Positions 27,905-62,051 of a stretch of 64,000 nucleotides of DNA are shown here, piece by piece. Each line of letters begins with the position of its first letter. Position 1 is the stretch's first letter. The position numbers were made by a program, and so were the translations under genes. The notes under the pieces were generated by a model. That model was given only the letters and a program-made list of their open reading frames with translations. It made no database searches and was not told the origin of the DNA. The stretch is from Chrysomallon squamiferum. Its lineage: Eukaryota; Animalia; Mollusca. Location: positions 2,170,001 through 2,234,000 of the forward strand of contig CM022675.1 of the NCBI GenBank assembly GCA_012295275.1. The letters run 5' to 3'.

Positions 27905-28707
27905 GTGCAGCAAAAGATAACCTAAACAAAATAATAGAGCCGGAACGTGGGCGTCAGTTCTCGTGGGACCTAAGTCGTAGTTCAGGTGAGCAATCACTTA
28001 TTTCATAACAATATTGTTAGTACTTTCTTCTAAAAATAATAAAGTAATAATAGTGAAACAGAGTACATAAATAAATGTAGAAAAGCAATCGAGAGAGAGA
28101 GAGAGAGAGAGAAGGAAAGAGAGAGATATAAATAACTGAGATATTTATGTACAAGTAATGGTCCGTATCGAAAACTGGTACCATATTTATTCAAACAAAT
28201 GTAAAAAAATTAAAATATTAAATTCGTTCGAAACCATAACGTAAATCACAGTAGCGATGCTTTTAGATAAGCCTAGACTGAGTATCAGACAAGTGCTTGC
28301 TTTCTAGTGTATTATTATATACAAAGCACAGCAAGAACGGCAGATGACTAACCGAGGATAAACTGGTTGTTTCAGTCGAATAAAATATTCAGATTTTCTA
28401 AAAAAATATATATGTAAACACACCCACCACTCACACACATATGTATGTATGTGTGTGTGTATGTGGATATATATATTAAGATATGCACACACTCACATAT
28501 ATATGTATGAATATACATCTGAGTGTGTACATGCATACACATTCGCAAACTATGTATATCTATGTAAGTGTTGACAAAACGAAATACCTACAAACAAAAG
28601 TAGTTTTCCTTTAAATTCTTTGAATGTCAGCGTTAATATATTATTTATATGTAAATTATTTCATTCCCATACTTCTACCTCTTCAAGGATTATTATTAAT
28701 ATTACTG

Positions 28708-29522
28708 CTAGCACCGCTGTTATTACTACAGTTACACGCACTAGCACCGCTGTTATTACTACAGTTACACGCAGTAGTACCGCTGTTATTACTACAGTTA
28801 CAAGCACTAGCACCGCTGTTATTACTACAGTTACACGCACTAGCACCGCTGTTATTACTACAGTTACACGCAGTAGCACTGCTGTTATTACTACAGTTAC
28901 ACGCACTAGCACCACTGTTATTACTACAGTTACACGCAGTAGTACTGCTGTTATTACTACAGTTACAAGCACTAGCACCGCTGTTATTACTACAGTTACA
29001 CGCACTAGCACCGCTGTTATTACTACAGTTACACGCAGTAGCACCGCTGTTATTACTACAGTTACACGCACTAGCACCGCTGTTATTACTACAGTTACAA
29101 GCACTAGCACCGCTGTTATTACTACAGTTACACGCAGTAGCACTGCTGTTATTACTACAGTTACAAGCAGTAGTACCGCTGTTATTACTACAGTTACAAG
29201 CACTAGCACCGCTGTTATTACTACAGTTACACGCACTAGTACCGCTGTTATTACTACAGTTACAAGCACTAGCACAGCTGTTATCACTACAGTTACACGC
29301 ACTAGCACCGCTGTTATCACTACAGTTACAAGCACTAGTTACTAGCACACTAGCACCGCTGTTATCACTACAGTTACAAGCAGTAGTACCGCTGTTATTA
29401 CTACAGTTACAAGCACTAGCACCGCTGTTATTACTACAGTTACAAGCACTAGCACCGCTGTTATTACTACAGTTACAAGCACTAGTACCGCTGTTATCAC
29501 TACAGTTACAAGCACTAGTACC
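28708..29522. repeat. 33-bp minisatellite
   Basis: Unit gcactagcaccgctgttattactacagttaca(c/a), about 24 copies. Confidence 0.95.
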
Positions 29523-30104
29523 ACCTTTACTATTTCTTCTACTACCACAACTACTATTTCTGTAATAATCTTACTACTTCTTGTGCAGTAGAGATATATG
29601 TACAGTAGCTACTGCCAGTGCACAGAGTAAAGCATGGTTTTCATAACAGTCAGATGACAACATAAAAGTAAAAGTCGTCATACAGAGTTAATACATATCA
29701 TGAAAGTGTCAAGTAAGCCACGAGTGCAGATTTCATTTTACTCCAATTTTGTTTACGATAAACTTAAACGGAAAATTTGAATATTTGTGAATATGCAGTC
29801 ATATAGAGGTTACGTTACAAACTAGCTAATCATTGATTTTAAGTCACTTGGTGTTTGAAATAAAGTCGAAGGTAAAAACGGATGTGTGGGAGGTAGACAC
29901 TAATACTGGGCAGTTTGAAGCTGAAAGCTCAGGTTATATTTTAACACGACGGGGTGTGTATTCTGTATGAGCAGAAGAAGAAGAAGGGCAGACAATCAAT
30001 GTACAGATCTGTCAGCGTGATGTCTTTGTTAAATTTGTAAAAAAAGAGATAAATGAAAACAGTTAATAGTAATGTACGTCAACGGGCTAAACATGACTGC
30101 AGTG

Positions 30105-30900
30105 ATGTATGGATGGATGGAGGTAATGATGAATGGATATATGGATGTATGGATGAATGGAGGAATGGATGATGATGGATGGATGGATGAATGGTTGAAT
30201 GATTGATGGATGTATAGATGAATGATGAATGGATGTATGGATGGATGGATGAATGATGAATGAATGGATGATGTATGGATGTATGGAATGATGAATGACA
30301 GATGAATGTATGGATGGATGTATGGATGAATGATAGATGAATGGATGAATGGATGAATGATGAATGGATGAGTGATGAATGGATGCATGGATGAATGATG
30401 AATGGATGAATGATGTATGAATGTATGGATGTATGGATGAATATGTACGGATGTATGGATGAATGATGTATGGATGGATGGATGAATGAATGGATGAGTA
30501 TGAATGGATGAATGGATGAATGGAATGGATGAATGGATGGATGAATGTATGAATGTATGGATGTATGGATGAATGGATGATGGATGTATGGATGAATGAT
30601 GTATGGATGGATGGATGAATGGATGAGTGATGAATGGATGAATGGATGAATGATGAATGGATGAATGATGTATGAATGTATGGATGTATGGATGAATGGA
30701 TGTACAGATGTATGGGTGAATGATGAGGATTTATGGATGTATGGATGATGAATGATGAATGGATGTATGGATGTATGGATGAATGATGAATGGATGTATG
30801 GATGAATGGATTAATGATGAATGGATGAGTGATGAATGGATGAATGAATGGATGGGTGAGCGGATGTATGGATGAATGGATGAATGGGTGTACTGGTGGG
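30105..30900. repeat. Degenerate (GGAT/GAAT)n simple repeat
   Basis: Continuous ggat/gaat/gtat units. Confidence 0.9.
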
Positions 30901-31022
30901 TGGACAAATCAAACGACTTACCGACAGACGAACGGACGGACTAAGCTACAGCTAGACAGAAATGTCGAGAAACAGATAGATAGACGGATATACAGTGAGA
31001 CATTCAAATAAAAATATAATAT

Positions 31023-31094
<72 letters not shown>

Positions 31095-31744
31095 ATATCA
31101 GATAACTAAATTGATAGAATAGTGTCCTAGATAGATTTTTTTTATCAAAAGATAGATCTGCCAGATACTTTTGTTATCAATTAACCACTAAAAACTGCAC
31201 AATAGTGTTCCTTTATATTTTGAATTTTTTTACAAAAATAACATCTGCCAGTTCTTTGTTTTCGGTTCACTCCAGTCTATATACATCAACTCTACTACTT
31301 CTTCTTCAAAAAAAATGTAGGTTAACAAAATAATATTCAGTTTTTATTTATATTTTAGAATTATTTTACGCTTAAGTTTTGTTTTTATTGTAACTTTTAT
31401 TATTTTTTGTCATTTTTACTGTGTGTTTTTCGAACATCTTGACATTCTCCTCCACACACTACTTCTTTATATGAATTAATTCTGTCAAGTGTTTATTTTA
31501 TTTATTTATTTATTTATTCTTGTTACTTTATTATTATTTTTATTTTATTTTATTATTATTATTTTTTTTTATTTATTTTAATCTGATAGTTAACTTTGTT
31601 TAACAACATGAAGTAGTAATAGAAGTCATATTAGTAAAGGTAGTACCAGCAGTAGTAGTAATACTAGCAGTAGTCATATAAATAAACAATGAATACATTA
31701 TATCTTCATTCTGTATTAATGAGCAATACACTCTTTTTTCTACC

Positions 31745-32340
31745 AACGTACCTACCTATGTTGTACCTAAGTATGTACGTATCTAAATATCTAGCTAATG
31801 TACCTACCTCTGTTGTACCTTAGTATGTACGTATCTAAATATCTAGCTAATGTACCTACCTCTGTTGTACCTAAGTATGTACGTATATAAATATCTAGCT
31901 AACGTACCGACCTCTGTTGTACCTTAGTATGTACGTATCTAAATATCTAGCTAATGTACCTACCTCTGTTGTACCTTAGTATGTACGTATCTAAATATCT
32001 AGCTAATGTACCTTCCTCTGTTGTACCTTAGTATGTACGTATCTAAATATCTAGCTAATGTACCTTCCTCTGTTGTACCTAAGTATGTACGTATCTAAAT
32101 ATCTAGCTAATGTACCTACCTATGTTGTACCTCTTTGTACATATCTAAATATCTTGTACCTTCCTATGTTGTACCTACATCTAAATATCTAAATGTACGT
32201 ATATCTAGCTAATGTACCTACCTCTGTTGTACCTAAGTATGTACGTATCTAAATATCTAGTACCTAATGTTGTACCTTACCTAAATGTTGTACCTATGTT
32301 GTACCTTAGTATGTACGTTTCTAAATATCTAGCTAATGTT
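31745..32340. repeat. 52-bp minisatellite
   Basis: Unit tacctacctctgttgtaccttagtatgtacgtatctaaatatctagctaatg; about 7 clean copies plus degenerate ones. Confidence 0.92.
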
Positions 32341-34081
32341 TTGTGTCTTTATATCTACGTCAGATTCTCTTCTATTCATTTATGTAACTACATATTTATT
32401 TTGTTGTTGTTGTTGTTGTTGTTGTTATTCTTTTTTGTGATAACATTTTCTCTTTTATGCTTTTATTTTATTTTCGTTCCTTTATAATGGGGTATTTTTT
32501 TAATTCATATATTTATTATTATTTTTATTATTTTTGTTTTTCCTTTTCTTTTTCTTTTTTTCATTTATTTCTTCTTTTATTATTATTATTATTATATTTT
32601 TATTATTATTTTTAACTAACAGATGATATTTTACAATGATATTTAAAGTGTTTAAGAACATTTTAAGAAAAAATAAATTTCCTTTGACGTTTATTTGACT
32701 AAAACTTCTTCTTAAGCTTGTATGAACTGAACCAGCTGTTACGAGAGTAAGTCTCACAGTTGTGTAGCTAATAATACGTCGATTGTTGTACTGTTGTGAG
32801 AGAACAGTTTCACCCCGAGACATCTCACCTACACTGTCCTACGCAGACGCGTCACCGGTCGAGTAGGCGTTGTTCTTGTGTTTGTTCCTGTGTGTGTCTG
32901 TGTGTGTTTTGAGTGTGTGAGTGTGTGTGTGTCTGTTTGAGTGTGTGTCTGTGTGTGTGTTTGAGTGAATGTATGTGTTTGAGTGTGTGTGTGTATGTAT
33001 GTGTGTCTGTCTGTGTGTCTGTGTGTGTATGTGTGTGTGTTTGTGTGTGCGTGTGTGAATGTGCGTGTGTGTTTGTGCGTGTGTGTGTCTGTGTGTGTGT
33101 CTGTGTGTGTGTGTGGTTGGTAATTATGTACCCCATGATACACGTTTTGCTTTGCTATATTTATTTATTTATTTATTTATTTACTGATCTGTCTTCTATC
33201 TACATACGTGTCTGTAAATCTAAGATTGCCTTAACTCATCTCTGTGTTACGACAGTAAGTCCCCCATTTTGTATAGATAATAATACATCGATTGTTGTAT
33301 CTTTTGTGAGAAACACGCACACAGTTTGTACCTGTTTGTGTGTGTGTGTGTGTGTGTGTGTTTATCTTCGTATGGATATCTCAATGTATGTGTCCCTACT
33401 TACATATATATACATAATCTATCGCTCTCGCTGTATATATATGTGTGTGTGTGTGTGTGTGGGTGGGTGGGTGTGTGTGTGCATAACAGTATAATAATAA
33501 TAATCATAATCATAACAATAACAATGAGAATACATTAACTTAAATAAATGGTGCTGGCGGACAAGGCTGCTGTTATGCGGTAACAAACGGTAACAAGGAT
33601 GGACGGATTAAAAGACATAAATGGTTAGATTGACAGACATGTATATAGATAGAAAGATAAATAAATAAATAAATACATTTAACCATGCAAAATGTGTACG
33701 AAGGGCTAAATAAGATATGCCCACATGCACACACATACACACACACACACACAGGTACAAACGAACAAATAACAACGCCTACTCGACCAGTGAAGCATGT
33801 CCGTAGGGCAGTAGACTCGAGATGTATGGAGCTAAATCTGTGTGTGTGTTTCTAACAAAAGCTACAAGAATCGATGTATTATTATCTATACAAAATGGGA
33901 GACTTACTATCATAACACATGGATGAGTTTAGGCAATCTTCAAATGATGTTTACGTTTGTGTGTGTTAATGTGTGTGTGCGTGTGTCTTGTCACCGGTAT
34001 CTCAATACGTGCAAAATATGAAAGTGTAACATTTATTTCTTCATTTAATTATATTTTATATTTTTATATATGTATACATAC

Positions 34082-34138
<57 letters not shown>

Positions 34139-34236
34139 CAGACATACAGAGAGAGGGAGAGAGGAGATAGAGAGAAGACATACAGAGAAAGATAGAGAGA
34201 AATAGAAAAGAGAGCGAAAGAGAAAGAGTCAGAGAG

Positions 34237-34288
<52 letters not shown>

Positions 34289-34289
34289 T

Positions 34290-38303
<4,014 letters not shown>

Positions 38304-38317
38304 TAACAGTATAATAA

Positions 38318-38348
<31 letters not shown>

Positions 38349-38582
38349 AATAATAGTAATAATAATCATAACAATATCAATGAGAATAAATTATGTCTCC
38401 TCGCACAACTTAAGTTAATGATGCTAGCGGACAAGGCTGCTGTTATGCGGTAACAAACAGTCACAAGGATGGACGGATTAAAAGACATAAATGGTTAAAC
38501 TGACAGACATATATAAATAAATAAATAAATAAATGTAACCATACAAAACGTGAACCAAGGGCTAAATAAGATATACCCACAG

Positions 38583-38632
<50 letters not shown>

Positions 38633-38979
38633 ACAAACGAAGAAATAACAACTACTCGACCAGTGAAGCATGTCGGTAGGGCAGTAGACTCGAGATGTAT
38701 GGAGCTAAACCTGTTTGTTACAAAAGCTACAACAGTCGCTATATTATTATCTATACAAAATGGGAGACTTACTATCATAACACATGAATGAGTTTAGGCA
38801 ATCTTAGAAGGATGTTTATGTGTATGCGTGTGTGTGTGTGTGTCTGTGTGTGTGTGTGCGTTTGTGTTTGTGTGTGCGTGTGTCTTGGCATCGGTATCTC
38901 AATGTATGTTTGCGTGCAAAATATGAAAATGAAACATTTATTACTTCATTTAATTATATTTGTATATGTATATATGTAT

Positions 38980-39460
<481 letters not shown>

Positions 39461-39534
39461 TTATATATATATATATATATATATATAATCTCTCTGTCTC
39501 TTTCTCTCACTCTTTCTCTCTCTCTATCTATATA

Positions 39535-40380
39535 GAGTATGCCTAATATGTTTAGCAATTATGTACAAGGTATGAAGTACAGACAACCTGATTGGATGTT
39601 GAATTTATTTGTAATCATTATTTCATTGATACAAGAATTGATAGACTCAGTAAAATATTGTCATGGAGACAACGTCGTTACTTTAATATCAGCTGATAAA
39701 TCGGAGTGGTACATCTATCAGAATGGTGAGAGAGGCTCAGTGAAGTGTGTGTGCAGGAGTAGAAGTCAATCGTCGTCTCATGCTTCTAATGAGAGCGTTA
39801 ATCTCAGGAACAGCAATTGCGTGATCTGTTTTACCTCCATCATGAACTCCGGCCCAGACCGTAACGCTGTCACCGGCCTATCTGTTAAGATGAACGACGT
39901 TGTCTGCATCATTTCGTTCTCCCGTCCCCTCCATACATGACGCCTACCATCCACAAAGTGAACACAAAACTGTATTCGTCTATGAATACTGTCTGATTCC
40001 ACTGTCTGCGACACCAGTGTTCGTGTATTGTGACCAATTTCAGACCTTCCTGAATTGGACGCGCTCTCAGGGTAACAACTACAGCAGGGCGACGTGCTTG
40101 TAATACAGCAGCACGGAGACGGCAACGGACAATTTGAGCATGAATTCTAGTGCCTGCGACGTCGTGTACGCGTTGGCCGGCGTTAAGCCGTCACATTGCT
40201 TCATGGCTTTCATTTTCCGAACCGAGTCTGCACGTGCAGTAGATATACCGGCGTGCACTATGACAAATGGTGTTATTTTCATTTCCCAAAGCGACATTGC
40301 ACATGCGGCCAACAGATTACCACGTTTTATCAGTTTATTTTAACAGATATGGTGTTGGAAGCGTTAGAACTAGTAGCTAC
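39535..40380 (-). mobile_element. Decayed Tc1-like transposon relic
   Basis: Minus strand 40160-39821 reads GTRIHAQIVRCRLRAAVLQARRP...HWCRRQWNQTVFIDEYSF / CVHFVDGRRHVWR / GERNDADNVVHLNR*AGDSVTVWAGVHDGGKTD. This is a Tc1 HTH, the first D of DDE and the GGSVMVWAG motif, with frameshifts and a stop. Confidence 0.85.
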
Positions 40381-40381
40381 G

Positions 40382-40422
<41 letters not shown>

Positions 40423-40429
40423 GCGCGTA

Positions 40430-44436
<4,007 letters not shown>

Positions 44437-45432
44437 GCAGTAATACTACATATCTACGTTTTTTATTGTATTCTTTTCTTCTTTACTTTAGCTGAGTGTT
44501 AATTATATATTTTTTAAATTATTGTTTCTACTTTTATTTATTTGTTCTCTATTATTAAGATTTATAAGAACATTTGTTTGATTTTATTTATCCCGTAGTC
44601 GAACATAAATAACACGATATATTTGTTTGAATTCAGTTTCCCCATCAAAGCTGATGTAAATAAAATTAAAGTAAAACTTTCACTCTCAGTCAGCTGTGTG
44701 TGACGAACATCTTGACATTCTCCTCCGTAGTGTATTTTGTTATGTGTCTTAATTCTGTATGACAAGTGTTTATTTTACTTTATTTACTTATTTATTTTTT
44801 CTTTGATTTATGTTAATCTGGTAGTTAATTATATTTCACTAGAAGCAGTAGTAGTTGTACTTATTTTAGTAAGGTTAGTAGCAGCAGTAGTAGTAATATT
44901 ATTAGTATTCGTATGAATAAACAATGAACAGATTAAATCTTCGTTTTGCATTAATGACCAATGGACACTACCATCTACGCAAGTACCTACTTACTATTTT
45001 CTACCTAAGTGTGTAACTAAATATCTACCTAACGTTTTGTGATTACATCTCTTCTCCCGTTCCTCTTCCATTCATTTATCTACCTACCTATTTATTGTCT
45101 TTTTTCTTCTTGTTGTTATTGCTATTATTTTTCTTTTTGGTGATTTCATTTATTTGTTGTGCTTTTATTTCACTTTCGTTCCTTTCTAATTGGTTATGAT
45201 TATTATTATTTATTTTGTTTTATTTATTTATTTATTATCTTTTCTTTTTTTAATTATTTCTTTCTTTTTGTTTTTCTTTATATTTTAACTTTTTTAATAT
45301 TTTATTATCAGTATCATTTTCATTTTATTTCTTAACTAATAGATGGCATTTTGCAATGATATTTTAAAGTGTTTAAGAAAATATTAAGAAAAAGGACATT
45401 TGCTTTAACGTTTTTTTGAATAAAACTTCGTT

Positions 45433-45675
45433 CTAAGATTGCCCAAACTCATTCAGTTGTTACGAGAGTAAGTCTGACATTAGTGTAGATAATAATACAT
45501 CGATTGTTGTAGCTGTTGTTAGAAACACACAAACAGATTTAACTCCATACATCTCGAGTCCACTGCCCTACGGACATGCTTCACTGGTCGAGTAGGCGTT
45601 GCTATTACTTCGTTTCAACTGTGTCCGTGCGTGTGTTTATCTTCGTATGGATATCTGAATGTATGTGTCCCTTCT

Positions 45676-45750
<75 letters not shown>

Positions 45751-45761
45751 ATATATATAAC

Positions 45762-45813
<52 letters not shown>

Positions 45814-46070
45814 GTAATAATAATCATAACAATATCAATGAGAATAAATTATGTCTCCTCGCACAACTTAAGTAAATGATGCTAGCGGACAAGGCTGCTG
45901 TTATGCGGTAACAAACAGTCACAAGGATGGACGGATTAAAAGACAGAAATGGTTACATTGACAGACATGTATATAGATAGAAAGATAAATAAATAAATAA
46001 ATTTAAGCATGGAAAATGTGTACCAAGGACTAAATAAGATATACCCACATGCACACACTTCAACACACAC

Positions 46071-46109
<39 letters not shown>

Positions 46110-46298
46110 GGTACAAACGAAAAAATAACAACGCCTACTCGACCAGTGAAGCATGTCTGTAGGGCAGTAGACTCGAGATGTATGGAGCTAAACCTGTTTG
46201 TGTGTTTCTAGCAACAGCTACAACAATCGATGTATTATTATCTATACAAAATGGGAGACTTACTATCATAAACATGAATGAGTTTAGGCAATCTTAGA
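45433..46298. repeat. Inverted pair of a local ~190-bp repeat (foldback/MITE-like)
   Basis: 45433-45623 (ctaagattgcc...catgcttcactggtcgagtaggcgttg) is the reverse complement of 46107-46298. Confidence 0.8.
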
Positions 46299-46584
46299 AT
46301 TATGTAGAAAAGTGTATTAGTTATTAATTTATTTTTGCACATTGTTTCAGCCAAATTAGTGAGTAATATATGTGTATTTATTATTTTATTTTATTTTTAT
46401 TGCATTTTATGACTTTTAGTTTGATGAAAAATAAAACATAGTTTGCCAAACACAGAGGAAATATTAAAAAAAACCTGAGTTCAATTAAAATTGTTTATTT
46501 ATTTCTTCTCCTCTATTATATTTTATTCTACTCTAGCTCAGTCTAGATTTACCTATGGTATTTATATATTTAGACTGTGATTAC

Positions 46585-46874
<290 letters not shown>

Positions 46875-47305
46875 CAGACATATTTCAAGAGACTGAATAG
46901 AAAATGATGTGTATAAAACATCGATTCTTTACGCTCGGGGCGTAAGACGCAGCTATCCCTCAATTCTTTATAAGAGAAGAAAGAAAATAAAAATGACACT
47001 GGGCTGGTCACGCATGTATTCAACCACGGTCTGCTGCTCTAGAGGAGCAGATATGCATGACTGGTAATACATACTAAGTTTTATGTTGTTGTTTTTTTTT
47101 TTTTTTTTTTAGAGGATCAAGAAAGCATATATTTATGGTTGCCTTTAACGTTAAGTAAAGGACACAAGCAACGGCATACATAAAATGACCCCAGCACACA
47201 TACATATATACAAACACATCCAGACAGTACATGTGTATACGATTTTAGTACGATGCTAGTTATATAGAGGTAATGTGTGTCCAGACTGTAACTTAAATAA
47301 ATAAG

Positions 47306-47353
<48 letters not shown>

Positions 47354-47375
47354 CATCTTATTTCGCTTATATAGT

Positions 47376-47429
<54 letters not shown>

Positions 47430-49057
47430 CAGATATAGATATTTTTAATTGGTATCTTGTTCGACAAGCGCAGAGTGTGTCCGAATCATAATTCAGTTGA
47501 TATATTGTTATTGCTGTTTATAGCGTTGTTTATATGACTTATATCATTACAAGTTGCAATAGTTAGGGTTAGTAACAGTAGTAGTTATAGCAGTAGTTGT
47601 TGTTTTTATCGTCTTTGTTCTAGTAATAATTGCCCTCAGTCTACTTTTCAAAAATAATTTAACAAAGCTTAGCATTCAAACAAATAAAGAAAACAAATAA
47701 AAAAGCAAAGAAGGAAATAAGCAAACAAACAATACAAAAAACAAACAAACAAACAAACAGATACATGAATAAACAAATAAGCAAACATATTCCGTAGACA
47801 TGTATATTTATATTACACATATACAATGTACGATAACCAATGTCTACAAGATCAGAAACGCAGTAAAAAAACAACAACAAACAAACAATTAAAGAAAATA
47901 ATAATAATAATAATAATTATAAGAAGAAGAAGAAAGAGAAGAAATATATGAAATGTTTCGTTAAAACTAGCGAAGTGTTTCACACACGATTTAAATGGAA
48001 ATAACTTTTTATTTTTTTATTTTTTTTTATTTTATTTTTTTTGTTATCATATAAATAGAGGAAATCTCATCTTAATACATATGTTTATATTTCTTTCCAA
48101 ACAGAGCACACAGTGTAAGAGAGGAAAACGGTTTACTTGGAGTGTTACAATAAAGAAGGTACGTGCAGTTCATCTTTCTATATATATATGTACGTTTATT
48201 ACTCCTGTGAATGTACGTGCACAGTTTCTCTGTATTTGTATATATAGTACGTCAATAAATGTATGTGGATATTTCCATATATGTGTGTATATACTACATC
48301 AATACATGTGTGTACACTTTCTATATATGTGTATGTATGCTACGTCAGTAAATGTATATGGATACTTACATTGTATTTGTAAATGTCCTACTTCAAAAAT
48401 GTATGTATACATTTGTATGTATATTACTGCTTAAAATCAATGTATGCACTTTCTATATACTTGTACAGGAACAAATATATGTGTCTGCAAGCGTACATTT
48501 GTATGTACGTTTATTCAGTGAATGTGTGCTTACATGTCTAAATTCATTACTTCAGTAAATGTGCATGTTTGACTTCTTTACATTTGCAGGAAGATCAGTT
48601 TACATATCTCTACGCTTTATTTATATGTAAGCATGTTATTCAGTGGACAATTGTACTCACTTTTATGTACATTAGCACGCATTTTACTTTGATAAATTTG
48701 TTTCATCCGTTGTCTGTAAATTTGTATTATAACGTGTTTAGTGTCCACTTTCTGTAAATACATATGTACATTACTTCAGTTATTTTTGTATAACTTGTTT
48801 ATGTCCAGTTTCTGTAAATACATATGTGCATTACATCTGTCAATGTGTTTGTACAGTTTCAGGACATGCGTATACAAGGACATCTGTAAATGTGCCTGTT
48901 ATAGTGTAATTATATTGTCACGTTACTATATATTCATGCAGTGCATTCAAGATCGTTTGCGTCTTTTTCATCGGATTTAAATTCATTTATTGGTTCTGAT
49001 TTATCTCATCAAACAGCAAACGTATTCAAATCATCGTAAAAGCTATTTTAAAGACTA

Positions 49058-49202
49058 ACTATTTGATCATAAGACATCAACTGAGGAGCTCTATTAACTT
49101 TGATTTTTCGATTGGTCCATACACTCACCACTACAACTCGGCTTGTTTAACTTCAACAGTGACTGTACCAGCTATTACACAGCAATCAAATTAGAATATT
49201 GG
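49058..49202 (+). promoter_or_regulatory. Gene B probable promoter and non-coding exon 1
   Basis: Conserved with A 13988-14170; donor gg|gtaagg at 49203; the next acceptor is at 49581, 12 nt before the ATG. Confidence 0.55.
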
Positions 49203-49593
49203 GTAAGGGGTCAGTTTGCGGAAATTTTCCAGATTTGTGTGTTATATTTTTTGTTTATACATGTATGTTTGTAAGTACGCAAGTAGGTGCATATTGGTAG
49301 GTAGAAAACATAAATTTATAAAACTACGATGTTAAGAAAAAGTATGTTTCTTAATAGTTAATGATTGTGTTCATACTCTATTGTTTTATGACGTATCTTT
49401 GATTATCACAAAGCACCTATATTTGACGGGTACAAACAGACACACCGGCACACACACAATACTATTCATAAAATATAACATCTTAGAAATCCATTTATTT
49501 ATTTATGTATTTACATATTTATTTTTAAATTATTAGTTAGTTAGTTTGTTTGTTTGTTATTTTACTTAATTTTCTTTTCAGCATAAAGTAAAT

Positions 49594-61938
<12,345 letters not shown>

Positions 61939-62045
61939 AAGGACGATGTCAACAAACATCAGATTTAGTTAACCTGACAAACATTTCACATACTGTAGTA
62001 GCAAACTGAAGTTAAAAAACTCTTTTGAATTTTATATAGCTTTTC

Positions 62046-62051
62046 AATAAA
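62046..62051 (+). terminator. Candidate polyadenylation signal of gene B
   Basis: AATAAA about 110 nt after the stop, followed by T/GT-rich sequence. The motif is common in AT-rich DNA. Confidence 0.4.

Noticed and set aside
27938-27995. GC-richer patch ending in cag|gtgagc as a possible first exon
   Set aside because: No downstream partner exon or homology was found; a single donor-like motif is insufficient.
39539-40343. Plus-strand ORFs of 67-133 aa
   Set aside because: They are antisense shadows of the decayed Tc1 transposase on the minus strand.
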